IMG/VR virus record: IMGVR_UViG_3300009481_000048
Location: 1 to 34,761 of that record
DNA: 34,761 bases
Reading direction: 5' to 3' (one strand)
DNA from: a virus
Lineage: Duplodnaviria; Caudoviricetes
Shown: piece by piece, positions 25,615-34,158 of the stretch
How the letters are laid out: each line of letters opens with the position of its first letter
Numbering within the stretch: the first letter of the stretch is position 1
Made by a program: the position numbers and the translations under genes
The notes under the pieces: model-generated
Seen by the model: the letters and a program-made list of their open reading frames with translations, nothing else
Databases searched by the model: none
Told to the model about the DNA's origin: nothing

Positions 25615-25775
25615 GAAATAAACCAGTTAAAAGTATCTTGTTCGTTTTTAAAATCTGTTTGAAATGAAAAATTAAGTTGATTTTTTAATGTGGTCAAAGC
25701 ATCCATAATCTGTCTTTGATTTGAAGCATCATATTCAGATTTAGGTTCTGGTATATTAACAGTAATTTTAGCCAT
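25611..25775 (-). CDS. Small tail-module protein (54 aa); not in ORF track
   Basis: MAKITVNIPEPKSEYDASNQRQIMDALTTLKNQLNFSFQTDFKNEQDTFNWFIS; TAATG and ATGA overlaps with neighbours. Confidence 0.75.
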   Translation of the reverse strand: MAKITVNIPEPKSEYDASNQRQIMDALTTLKNQLNFSFQTDFKNEQDTFNWFIS

Positions 25776-27943
25776 TATCTTTTTCCATCTGGTTGTACAT
25801 CTGCTCTAAATGAACCAAAACGCCAGTTCTCATCTTGAGCACTGTTTTGTATTTTAAGTGAAGCAAATCGACCTCTTGCTCTAGTGTCTATTTTTTTAGT
25901 TGATGAGGTTACGGTAAACGGCCCTAATGATGAACTTGATTCTGTTTCAGATGGAAAGTCTTTGAGTTGTATAGTGACTGTCGCATTACCACTTAACACC
26001 TTAAAGTCTGGTAAGAAACGCCTAATCTTGATAAAGTTTTCTCCTTGTCCACCTTCAGCGTCTAAAGTAAAATCACCTGATTCTATAAAAGCATTAATAC
26101 TTTGCACAAAGTTTCCATTTTGATCAGATTCGTTAACGCCTTTTTCATGTTCGTAAACAGTTGTCTTACCTAAATTTGTACTGACTCCTTGAATCGTAGG
26201 AAAAGTAGGTGCACTTGAAGTAGTAAATTCTGTAGCTATTGGGTTATCAAATAAATATTGGTCAATGTAAGCAGTTCTTGATAAAGAACTGGTTGTCCAT
26301 GCACCTTCACGATAATTTAATGTTACACATCTATCAATACCAGTAGAACCCGCTTTAGGATAAAACCAATTAATTTCTGTAAACAATGAATTGTAATTAC
26401 AATAGACAACTTCACCAGAATCATAATTAATACCTAAATCATCACTATCAACATTAGTAAATACAAAGTCTTCCACCGAACAAGGTAGTCGTTTAACCGT
26501 ACCATCAAAGACAAAAAAACCACCCGATTCACCCATCCAATATACCGCACCATCTACATAGACAAGTGCGTGTTGACCAATTAAACCACAGTTAGAGCCT
26601 ACCTGTTGTATATTAAAAGTAAAAGGTGGACCGACAAATTGCATTGTATAAGCAGAAGTATCGGTTAATATAAAAATATAATCTTTTGCTCGTAAAGCTC
26701 CCACTATTTTACTACCAGAGTCTAATCTAAAAGTACCCGCAGTATTAGTAGATACTGGAGCATAGTCTGTTCGATCTTCTTGATCACTGAAACGAATAAA
26801 CATTTTGTCTTGACTATCTGTGCTGCCTACTGTTGTTTCTGTGCCTAAATGTATTAAATGTCTATCTCGACCTGAGACTAATGACATAACACTTGCTGTA
26901 GGATTTGTAGTAGACACAGTGGCTCGAGTTTCTACACCACTAGTCGGATTCCATTCAAATGTTTTACCGTCGTGTACGGTAGCAATTAAAATAGAACCAA
27001 AATTATCTAAAGCCCAGTTTGCAGGGTCTATAGTTACGCTAGTAGTAGGAGCAGCATTGCCCCAAGCAACAAAGTTAGTCGCATCAGTGACGACCGCCTC
27101 GTCATCATGTGCTGCTCTGGTTGAACCTAAAGCCGCTCTAGTAATGCCTGTTAAATCATTACTGGAAATGCCTGTGTAAGTAATTAATTCTGAACCTACC
27201 AATATGTGTCCAGATGAACTAAAACCAGAAGTAGAAGTTAATGTTACTGCTGTACCCGAACCACCTGTACCTGCGGTGTTATCACCTAATGCACCATTAA
27301 GATCGTTTTTTGTAAGTGAAGCTGACTCACCACCCCACTGAGCAACACCCCAACCATAACCAGCTGTTGCTTGTGCAGGTCCAAATTTAACATATGGGTT
27401 TATATTACAACCTGTCGCACCAGTTACACCAGCACCAGATTCAACTTTACCCATTGTTACAGTAAAGGTATCAGATGTTCTAGTGACAACTTCAAAGGTA
27501 TTAGTCGTGAAGTCAGAAGCAACAAATCCTGTGCCACTTCCTGGTATAGTCATATTACTAAATGTAAATAAATCACCTACTACTAACCCATGAGCCGCTT
27601 TGTTAACTGTTAAAGTAGCTGAATTGTTAGTGGTTGTGTAAGTACAAGAGGTAAGAGCTGTGTCAAGAGGTGTAATGTCAAAAAAAGCATTACCATAGTA
27701 TAAAGCAAGTATCTTGTTAGTAGCGACGGCTAAATATTTTTTACCATCTAGATCTGACCAATTGTGTAAATCTCTAGTAGCTCCAGCTAAAGTATTTGAT
27801 GTAAGCTGTTGCCAACCCCCTACTTTCTCTGGTTCGCCATAACGAAAACGTACAAAGTCGCCGTCAGTCCATGTGTATTCAGCAGATGATTGAGTCATCT
27901 GTTTATTAAAACCTGGTTTGAACGGTACTTTAACTAATGGCAT
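25775..27943 (-). CDS. Tail nozzle/stabilisation protein (P22 gp10-like beta-propeller) with inserted beta domains
   Basis: 722 aa; VRFR.G.PEK.GGW, IRFSDQED, NTAG.FRL..GS, GPPFTF, CGLIG, YWMG, EINWFYP, R.RGR; inserts AHGL..GD and ELITYTG..LTGITR. Confidence 0.75.
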   Translation of the reverse strand: MPLVKVPFKPGFNKQMTQSSAEYTWTDGDFVRFRYGEPEKVGGWQQLTSNTLAGATRDLHNWSDLDGKKYLAVATNKILALYYGNAFFDITPLDTALTSCTYTTTNNSATLTVNKAAHGLVVGDLFTFSNMTIPGSGTGFVASDFTTNTFEVVTRTSDTFTVTMGKVESGAGVTGATGCNINPYVKFGPAQATAGYGWGVAQWGGESASLTKNDLNGALGDNTAGTGGSGTAVTLTSTSGFSSSGHILVGSELITYTGISSNDLTGITRAALGSTRAAHDDEAVVTDATNFVAWGNAAPTTSVTIDPANWALDNFGSILIATVHDGKTFEWNPTSGVETRATVSTTNPTASVMSLVSGRDRHLIHLGTETTVGSTDSQDKMFIRFSDQEDRTDYAPVSTNTAGTFRLDSGSKIVGALRAKDYIFILTDTSAYTMQFVGPPFTFNIQQVGSNCGLIGQHALVYVDGAVYWMGESGGFFVFDGTVKRLPCSVEDFVFTNVDSDDLGINYDSGEVVYCNYNSLFTEINWFYPKAGSTGIDRCVTLNYREGAWTTSSLSRTAYIDQYLFDNPIATEFTTSSAPTFPTIQGVSTNLGKTTVYEHEKGVNESDQNGNFVQSINAFIESGDFTLDAEGGQGENFIKIRRFLPDFKVLSGNATVTIQLKDFPSETESSSSLGPFTVTSSTKKIDTRARGRFASLKIQNSAQDENWRFGSFRADVQPDGKR

Positions 27944-27999
27944 ATGCTTATAAATCCTGTTTTAGTTAGTATAATTCAATTGTAGCAGCTTATAAAGAC

Positions 28000-28569
28000 C
28001 TAGATAAGGGGCTTGCCATTCATCCATGCAACCACTGCATGGCGTTGTCCTTCATATACAGTCTCACAGCCATGTAAGCTATAAGATGGAAATATTATAA
28101 TATTACCTTTTTTTTGTGGAGGAAAAAACTTCTCTCCACTACCATTAATTAAATAAAATAAACCACCTTTAAAATCATCATTTAATACAGTCAGACATGT
28201 TAATTTTCTTACATATTCTTGGTTTTGAGAAAAAGCGTAATCCACATGAGAAGTGTATTTACCGTTACGTTTGTATATTAAATACTCAGCTTGGCTACAA
28301 AAAGTTATATCGTATTTCCAATTTTGAAAATTAGCATCTAATGCAGCAGCTATTAGATATGAGGCAACACCTGTGTAAGGAGGTAGGTCTATTTTATTAA
28401 CATCCCTTACCTTTTTGTCAACTATTTCTTTCTTTAAACTATCAGTTTTAGCTTTAGTAGTTTTTTGGTTTTTATGTTTATTTATATAAAAGTCACATAC
28501 ATCATGAGGTATACCTTGATCGTCTTGATAAACCCAACAAGGTACAATTAAACTTTCAACTCCTTTCAT
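28000..28569 (-). CDS. 2OG-Fe(II) oxygenase (prolyl hydroxylase/PKHD-like)
   Basis: HVD, RKLT, FKGG, FPSY.LH, G.RHAVVAW. Confidence 0.88.
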   Translation of the reverse strand: MKGVESLIVPCWVYQDDQGIPHDVCDFYINKHKNQKTTKAKTDSLKKEIVDKKVRDVNKIDLPPYTGVASYLIAAALDANFQNWKYDITFCSQAEYLIYKRNGKYTSHVDYAFSQNQEYVRKLTCLTVLNDDFKGGLFYLINGSGEKFFPPQKKGNIIIFPSYSLHGCETVYEGQRHAVVAWMNGKPLI

Positions 28570-29206
28570 TTTTACTCTCCCAATTAAAAAAGTGTGTTAC
28601 ACAATACCTACCATCTCCGAACTTTGCATTAGTATCCATTTTTACAGGATATACTTTGTGCCCTAAATAGCTAGGAAACATAACCATCCTATTTGATATA
28701 CATTTAATTTTTTTATTCGCTTCTGTAAGGCAAAAGTCACCACCTTTAAATTTTTTAGGTTCTTTATAAAGCCAGATAAGAAAAGTAAACTGCGTACTAT
28801 CTTTGTGAGATTTATACTCCTGCTCATGGTCATAATAACTGACCATAGTAGAATCAGTATTTGTATTTATATAATTATTGTGGTGAAGAGGCATCCCTTT
28901 CTCTACAATTTTTTTAAATTCCTCAGATTGTTGTTTGTATAGTGCTTGAACTATATGCGAAAATTTTGTGCCTTTGACTGTGTAGGTATCCCATAAATAA
29001 AAACGAAAAGCATTTGACTTAGCTTTACCGTCAGTTGACTTTGCTACAACAGTGTCTTCTGCTTTCTCGATAGTGGCTATTTCTCTACTAGAATAAAAAT
29101 CAAGCTCTTTCCATATAAGACTTAGTTCTTCTTCTGTATACCAATTATCTATTATAATATGAGGATACACAGGATCTTTAGATGTTTTTACTTTCCACTG
29201 TTTCAT
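28556..29206 (-). CDS. 2OG-Fe(II) oxygenase
   Basis: IIDNWY, HKD, FKGGDF, FPSY..HKV, GRYCVTHF. Confidence 0.88.
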   Translation of the reverse strand: MKQWKVKTSKDPVYPHIIIDNWYTEEELSLIWKELDFYSSREIATIEKAEDTVVAKSTDGKAKSNAFRFYLWDTYTVKGTKFSHIVQALYKQQSEEFKKIVEKGMPLHHNNYINTNTDSTMVSYYDHEQEYKSHKDSTQFTFLIWLYKEPKKFKGGDFCLTEANKKIKCISNRMVMFPSYLGHKVYPVKMDTNAKFGDGRYCVTHFFNWESKNERS

Positions 29207-29712
29207 AAGTAATTAATGTTAAAGTTTACTCTTCTAGGAACGTCAGTACAGTTAGTGCTAGCGTGTGGCTTACTAGAATCAAAAAACAATATTCGATTCG
29301 CTACGGATTCTACTTTTGTACCATCATCTAAAATAGTAAATCCATTATTTGTATTAAGATAAAATATAGCACCTTTGTGAGGTTCGCATTGATCGACATG
29401 TTTTGCGTATGTAGTTAATACTTCTGTTTTTAAAAATAAATTAGCTTTAGCCCTAATAAGTTGTTGTATGTTTATTTTTGAAAATAAAATGTCTGCAACT
29501 AAATCTAAAAACTGACTACATTCTTCTATACCATGATCATAAAAATTATGTATAAAATAAAAACCATCACTCTCTGTTTTCTCTGTAACTCCTACATGAC
29601 CAGCAAAATACCAAGGAAACCAAAGGTCTCCCTTATCATGTAAAAATATATCTTCAATTAATTTAAATTCTTCAAGGGGTAAGAAGTTATCAACTACTTT
29701 TGGCTTTCTCAT
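29203..29712 (-). CDS. 2OG-Fe(II) oxygenase
   Basis: VVDNFL, RAKANL, HVD, YLNTNNG.T, HASTNCTD..R..FNINY. Confidence 0.85.
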   Translation of the reverse strand: MRKPKVVDNFLPLEEFKLIEDIFLHDKGDLWFPWYFAGHVGVTEKTESDGFYFIHNFYDHGIEECSQFLDLVADILFSKINIQQLIRAKANLFLKTEVLTTYAKHVDQCEPHKGAIFYLNTNNGFTILDDGTKVESVANRILFFDSSKPHASTNCTDVPRRVNFNINYL

Positions 29713-30460
29713 TTACTCTCTCTATTTTTTTTAGTAAATTTATTAAAAACTTTATGTGGTCTATTTCATACCACTTAACTGAAATATCTAAACTGCTTGG
29801 ATCTGCATGATGATTGTTGTGGTATGGGTGCATTAAGATAAAGGGTAAGTGTATATTCCTTGAGTTGTCATTGGTTTTAAAGTTTTTGTACCCTATTTTA
29901 TGACCAAACACATTAACCCACGATGCTGCATGTAGTGAATATACAGCTGGTAAAGCAAATAAATATAAAGACATTTTAATATCTATAAACATTGTTGGTA
30001 ACACTACACCCCAATATATAAGGTAGTAGTATTTTTTAATAAATACATGTGCTTTGTCTTTAATTAATTTCTTAATTAAACCTGAACTTATCTTAGAGTT
30101 CTTTTGTGTTTCAATCCAAAACCAAGTACGCCAACCGTCTGTAGCTGGGTGTGGGTCTCCATCTACATCTGAATACTTGTGGTGTGTAGAGTGATTTGCA
30201 GCCCATACCATGGGAGGTCCTTGCAGACCAAATATAGCACAACTATTTAAAAACAACTGTGTAGGTCTAGTAATCGTGAAGGATCCATGAGATAGATACC
30301 TATGACAATAACCTTCTATACCTAGCTTTGCAAAAAATATAATACCTATCAAAGTAAACCATAAATAATTTATATCCCACATATAAAAAAGACCTACAGT
30401 AGTAAATATGTGTATAAGACCTTGAGATAGTAATAACTTATGATGATCCGCTATTTTCAT
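29690..30460 (-). CDS. Membrane di-iron fatty acid desaturase (delta-9/DesC-like)
   Basis: His boxes HRYLSH, HSTHH..SD..GDPH, N..GH, HNNHH; several TM segments. Confidence 0.9.
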   Translation of the reverse strand: MKIADHHKLLLSQGLIHIFTTVGLFYMWDINYLWFTLIGIIFFAKLGIEGYCHRYLSHGSFTITRPTQLFLNSCAIFGLQGPPMVWAANHSTHHKYSDVDGDPHPATDGWRTWFWIETQKNSKISSGLIKKLIKDKAHVFIKKYYYLIYWGVVLPTMFIDIKMSLYLFALPAVYSLHAASWVNVFGHKIGYKNFKTNDNSRNIHLPFILMHPYHNNHHADPSSLDISVKWYEIDHIKFLINLLKKIERVNEKAKSS

Positions 30461-30879
30461 CTATACCCTTTAATTAATCTTGTTGAGGGAATAATCTTAT
30501 CATTAACAATAACGGATGTATTGTTTTTTGTCGGTCCCATAAATAACAAGGTATAAGCAGGTTTATCAGCTTGTATCTCGTGAAATTTGTTGTGAGTTAA
30601 TAAGTTTACCCACTTATGATGTCTTGTTTCTTTTACCTTTGTATTAGGATCATAAGTCAATTCTTTATATTGACCCCAGAGTATAAAAGATATAAATGTA
30701 CCTTCGTGGTCGTGCATTACTTGTTGTACAGGTAGTACTTTACAAAATAAAATTGAAAAATAAGGACACCATATACCCCAGCGTCTAATGGTCATATGAC
30801 CAGTTCTAGTTGTAACGTGTGTAGGACCTATTCCTGAGTCGTTATAAATCCTTGAGAAGTACTTTATCATATCCACCAC
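30457..30879 (-). CDS. Cupin-fold protein
   Basis: HDH....SFILWGQY.E and FHEI....YTLLFMGP motifs. Confidence 0.7.
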   Translation of the reverse strand: MVDMIKYFSRIYNDSGIGPTHVTTRTGHMTIRRWGIWCPYFSILFCKVLPVQQVMHDHEGTFISFILWGQYKELTYDPNTKVKETRHHKWVNLLTHNKFHEIQADKPAYTLLFMGPTKNNTSVIVNDKIIPSTRLIKGYR

Positions 30880-31669
30880 TTCCGTCTGATTTAGGAACTT
30901 TTACATACTCACCAATATTAGCTTTATTAACACTTTGAGCTATGCGATTACCGTGATTGTCCGTTTTTGGTACAACAATTTCAGTGTCAGCTAAATTACT
31001 TATTTCATCAGCAAAAGGTGCAGTATATTCTATGTATAGACTAGTACCTTCCCCATACACTTGATACCTTTCTAAATGACTGTAAAGAGACACAGATACT
31101 AATTCTTTTGAACTATTAAATTTAAACTGAAAGGAATCATCCGCATGAGCTAATGATTTACTTTTAGATATTGGCATAACAATATCAGATTTTAATGATT
31201 TAGCCCACGCCCAAATATCATCATTTGACCCTTGTGCATAGATAGATTGAGTTTGTTGTAGCTCAAAATTTGAATTACACATATCAGTTATATACAAAAC
31301 AGTTATACCTGAACCTAAATTAACTACTGGTAAGGCTTGATCTTTCTTATAAAAAATTTCTATTGTTTTTGTTGCAGTATCTAAATCATAGATATACCTT
31401 AAAAAATCTTTATCAATCAACAGACTATTTTGCATCTTACTACTGTCTTTGTAATCTGGAGCACAACTACATTGATGAAAAGTTAATACATTACCGTCTG
31501 TATCCACACCCCATGTCTGAACTTCATAGGGAAAAGTTTCAGAAGTAAATACGTCTGTAACTTGTTTTTTAATTTTTGTAACTTCATCATCATCACTACC
31601 ACCAAAATACACACGGTTAGTGACTTTTTTATTATCAATATATGCTCTCATACAAACTAGATTACTCAT
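30842..31669 (-). CDS. Hypothetical protein; five beta-hairpin pattern suggests an antiparallel barrel
   Basis: 275 aa, TAATG-coupled to the adhesin; fold is inference only. Confidence 0.7.
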   Translation of the reverse strand: MSNLVCMRAYIDNKKVTNRVYFGGSDDDEVTKIKKQVTDVFTSETFPYEVQTWGVDTDGNVLTFHQCSCAPDYKDSSKMQNSLLIDKDFLRYIYDLDTATKTIEIFYKKDQALPVVNLGSGITVLYITDMCNSNFELQQTQSIYAQGSNDDIWAWAKSLKSDIVMPISKSKSLAHADDSFQFKFNSSKELVSVSLYSHLERYQVYGEGTSLYIEYTAPFADEISNLADTEIVVPKTDNHGNRIAQSVNKANIGEYVKVPKSDGSGGYDKVLLKDL

Positions 31670-32565
31670 TATGATACTGCTCCTTGAATGTTTCCACTGC
31701 CATCTTCATATGTTACCTGATTACCGTTTAAATTTATAGCCTTACCCGCTGCTCCACCTGCTGCTCCACTGTTACCTCCGCCAGAACCTGCTGCACCAAA
31801 GCCTCCACCAGCTCCACCATTACCTGCTGGGCTTTGTCCGCTTCCACCACCACCAGCTCCACTTATACTACCTGCTTGACCAGCTCCTGTTCCAGCACCA
31901 GCCGCACCACCTTGTTGGCCAGCTCCACCGCCACCGCCACCAGCAGCGAAATTTTGTGTGGTTGGAGTTTGGCCTTTACCACCACCTCCAGGCTGTGTGG
32001 CTGTAGCTCCTTTACCACCACCGCCGCCACCACCGCCACCACGGATAAAACCTCCGTTGTTTTGAATTGTAGTAGCAATGCCTAAGTTAATTGCATTTTG
32101 TGCAGCAGTACCAGCTGCACCTTGTGCGTTTTGCCCACCACCAGCTCCACCAGCTCCACCTCGACCAACAATTTGGCTATTGTTAATAATTTTAACGGTG
32201 TCACCTGAAGTCCACTGATTACCTGTATCAATAGCAGAAGCTCCTGTAGAACCAACGATTGCTTGTACAGTTAAGGTTACGTCCGAAATACCTGCCGAGT
32301 ATGAACCCCCTCTGTTTGCAAAAATGTTGTAACTTTGTGTGGTTGATGAAATAGTCAGTGCAATAGCTACACGATCTGAACCACCGTAAAATTGAGAGAA
32401 CGCAATAGCTCCACTACTTGGGATAGCACCAGCGTCTCCTGTAGCTCCAGAAGCCACGTTGTCACCACCTGCATAGTATTCACTCATACCAATAGGGTTA
32501 CTACCACCGTATTCAGTTTGTATCGCAGATAAAGCTAAGGATGAGCCCGCACTAGGTATTGCCAT
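31669..32565 (-). CDS. Glycine-rich tail-tip adhesin, T-even gp38-like
   Basis: N-terminal attachment-like domain, I.GRGGAGG, I.GGGGGGGG, C-terminal GGAAGKAI...GNIQG matching gp38 polyglycine-sandwich layout; follows an S74 tail fibre. Confidence 0.75.
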   Translation of the reverse strand: MAIPSAGSSLALSAIQTEYGGSNPIGMSEYYAGGDNVASGATGDAGAIPSSGAIAFSQFYGGSDRVAIALTISSTTQSYNIFANRGGSYSAGISDVTLTVQAIVGSTGASAIDTGNQWTSGDTVKIINNSQIVGRGGAGGAGGGQNAQGAAGTAAQNAINLGIATTIQNNGGFIRGGGGGGGGGKGATATQPGGGGKGQTPTTQNFAAGGGGGGAGQQGGAAGAGTGAGQAGSISGAGGGGSGQSPAGNGGAGGGFGAAGSGGGNSGAAGGAAGKAINLNGNQVTYEDGSGNIQGAVS

Positions 32566-33760
32566 TTTCTAATTTCTCCACTTTTGCTTCTAGTTCTTTA
32601 ATTGCTTCTATTAATACACCTACTAAGTTACCGTAAGCCACTGACATATATTCGCCTTCATCATGTACTACTTCTGGCATTACTTTTTGCATTTCTTGAG
32701 CAATCACACCAGTTCCTCTTCTACCGTCTCTATCAAAGGTAACACCACGCATATTAGTAACTTTATCTAAAGCACTATCAATAGTTTTAATCTCGGACTT
32801 TAATCTTTCATCTGAAAAAGCTGTAACATCATTGTTAAAGGTTGCAGCACCTGCTGCTGACATATCTAAGGTAAGTGCTGTTATAACTGCACCACCATCA
32901 TTACCTTTAAAAATAATGTCTTTATCACTGGTAGCTGATTGCATTACAAAATCAGTTGAACTATTAGTAAAACGACCAAACTCGGTGCCACCATCTTTTA
33001 AAATTATATCTGCTCCATCCGCATCTAAAACAATGTCTTGACCATCAAATAAAGATTGATCTCTTGTTTTATACTGCCAACCAACCGTGCTATCTCCTGA
33101 ATAAACTAATGTAAATGCTGCTCTTTCGTTTGCTATTACTAAATCAGAACCAGCTCCATTTATATTAGAACTGTTTCTACCAACTGTAAGATTGTTAGTA
33201 TCAAAGGTATTTTCTGAATCCATGAAAGTTACTTCATCACCTGTGGCAGGTGAGGCGGGTAGAGTAATCGTTCTAGCTGCACCAGAAGTATCAACTAATA
33301 TTTGTGCTCCAGCTTGTACTGTTTCGGCTGCTGCAATAACACGCCAATATCTAGTTTCTTGATCTTTAACAATATCAGTGCCGTTAGAATGACATATGTA
33401 ATGATGTCCTTCACATAATAAAAAACCTGTTTGACTGGTTACTTTAAAAGTAAGTGTGTAACCTGCATGATCAGTACCATCAATAATATTAAAAAACTTT
33501 TCAATACTTGCAGGCATGTTAACGGTTCGGTTAGCTGCTAAAGTACCTGTAAATTTAATACTCATGTTTCTTGCATTAGATATTGTGGCATTTGACATTG
33601 CTAAAGTAACATCAGAAGATGCAACATCTATTTCTTCATATCCCGCAACAGCTTGTTGTACAACATTAAGGTTATTATTACTTTTATCACCCCATGTTCC
33701 AGGGTTTTCTCCTGTTGCCATTAATTCTAATTTTAAATCACTTGAAAATGTTGATGCCAT
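32552..33760 (-). CDS. Tail fibre with C-terminal S74 intramolecular chaperone
   Basis: GEN.GTWG..N.N anchor, VDTS..ARTITLPASP..GD.V domain, FSDERLK, GVIAQE, VAYGNLVGVLIEAIKEL. Confidence 0.88.
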   Translation of the reverse strand: MASTFSSDLKLELMATGENPGTWGDKSNNNLNVVQQAVAGYEEIDVASSDVTLAMSNATISNARNMSIKFTGTLAANRTVNMPASIEKFFNIIDGTDHAGYTLTFKVTSQTGFLLCEGHHYICHSNGTDIVKDQETRYWRVIAAAETVQAGAQILVDTSGAARTITLPASPATGDEVTFMDSENTFDTNNLTVGRNSSNINGAGSDLVIANERAAFTLVYSGDSTVGWQYKTRDQSLFDGQDIVLDADGADIILKDGGTEFGRFTNSSTDFVMQSATSDKDIIFKGNDGGAVITALTLDMSAAGAATFNNDVTAFSDERLKSEIKTIDSALDKVTNMRGVTFDRDGRRGTGVIAQEMQKVMPEVVHDEGEYMSVAYGNLVGVLIEAIKELEAKVEKLENGNT

Positions 33761-33787
33761 AATTACCTACTTTGTATGTTTATATTC

Positions 33788-33816
33788 ATTATAAGGTCGT
33801 TATGCGACCTTTTCAA
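33788..33816 (-). promoter_or_regulatory. Near-consensus sigma70 promoter with palindromic spacer, ahead of fibre-adhesin-enzyme genes
   Basis: TTGAAA-AGGTCGCATAACGACCT(17)-TATAAT. Confidence 0.65.
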
Positions 33817-34156
33817 CCTCATCAACAGGAACCCACGTTTGGCTTGTGCCTGTACTAACAGCAGTCCATGTCTGACCTGTGCCTGTGCTGACGGTTGCCC
33901 AACCAATACCATTGGCTATACCAATACTACTGGTCAATCCAGCTGCGGTTGGAACTATATTAGCATCAGCAACGGTAACAACGCTGTTAATAGAAAAAGC
34001 CAAAGCACTACCCGTAAGACTAACGTTAGCATCCGCCACAGGAACTACAGCAGTTTGATTTAAAGCTAAGGCTGTACCTGTTACGGCAACGTCTAATACT
34101 TCAAACTGTTGAGTAGAAAAAGGAGCTTGTGAAAAAGAAACGATACCAAAGCTCAT
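33800..34156 (-). CDS. Small tail-associated structural protein
   Basis: FG..SFSQAPFS start, V.ADAN repeats, W..VSTGT.QT repeats. Confidence 0.7.
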   Translation of the reverse strand: MSFGIVSFSQAPFSTQQFEVLDVAVTGTALALNQTAVVPVADANVSLTGSALAFSINSVVTVADANIVPTAAGLTSSIGIANGIGWATVSTGTGQTWTAVSTGTSQTWVPVDEVEKVA

Positions 34157-34158
34157 AA

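Noticed and set aside
27968-27996. Promoter TTTATA-17-TATACT upstream of the tail gene
   Set aside because: Weak -35 in very AT-rich DNA; plausible but not distinguishable from chance.
2038-34063. Many short plus-strand and nested minus-strand ORFs in the track (e.g. 2038-2235, 4511-4696, 13086-13415, 14206-14556, 26820-27179, 33776-34063)
   Set aside because: They lie within or antisense to well-supported genes, lack motifs and read as shadow frames.
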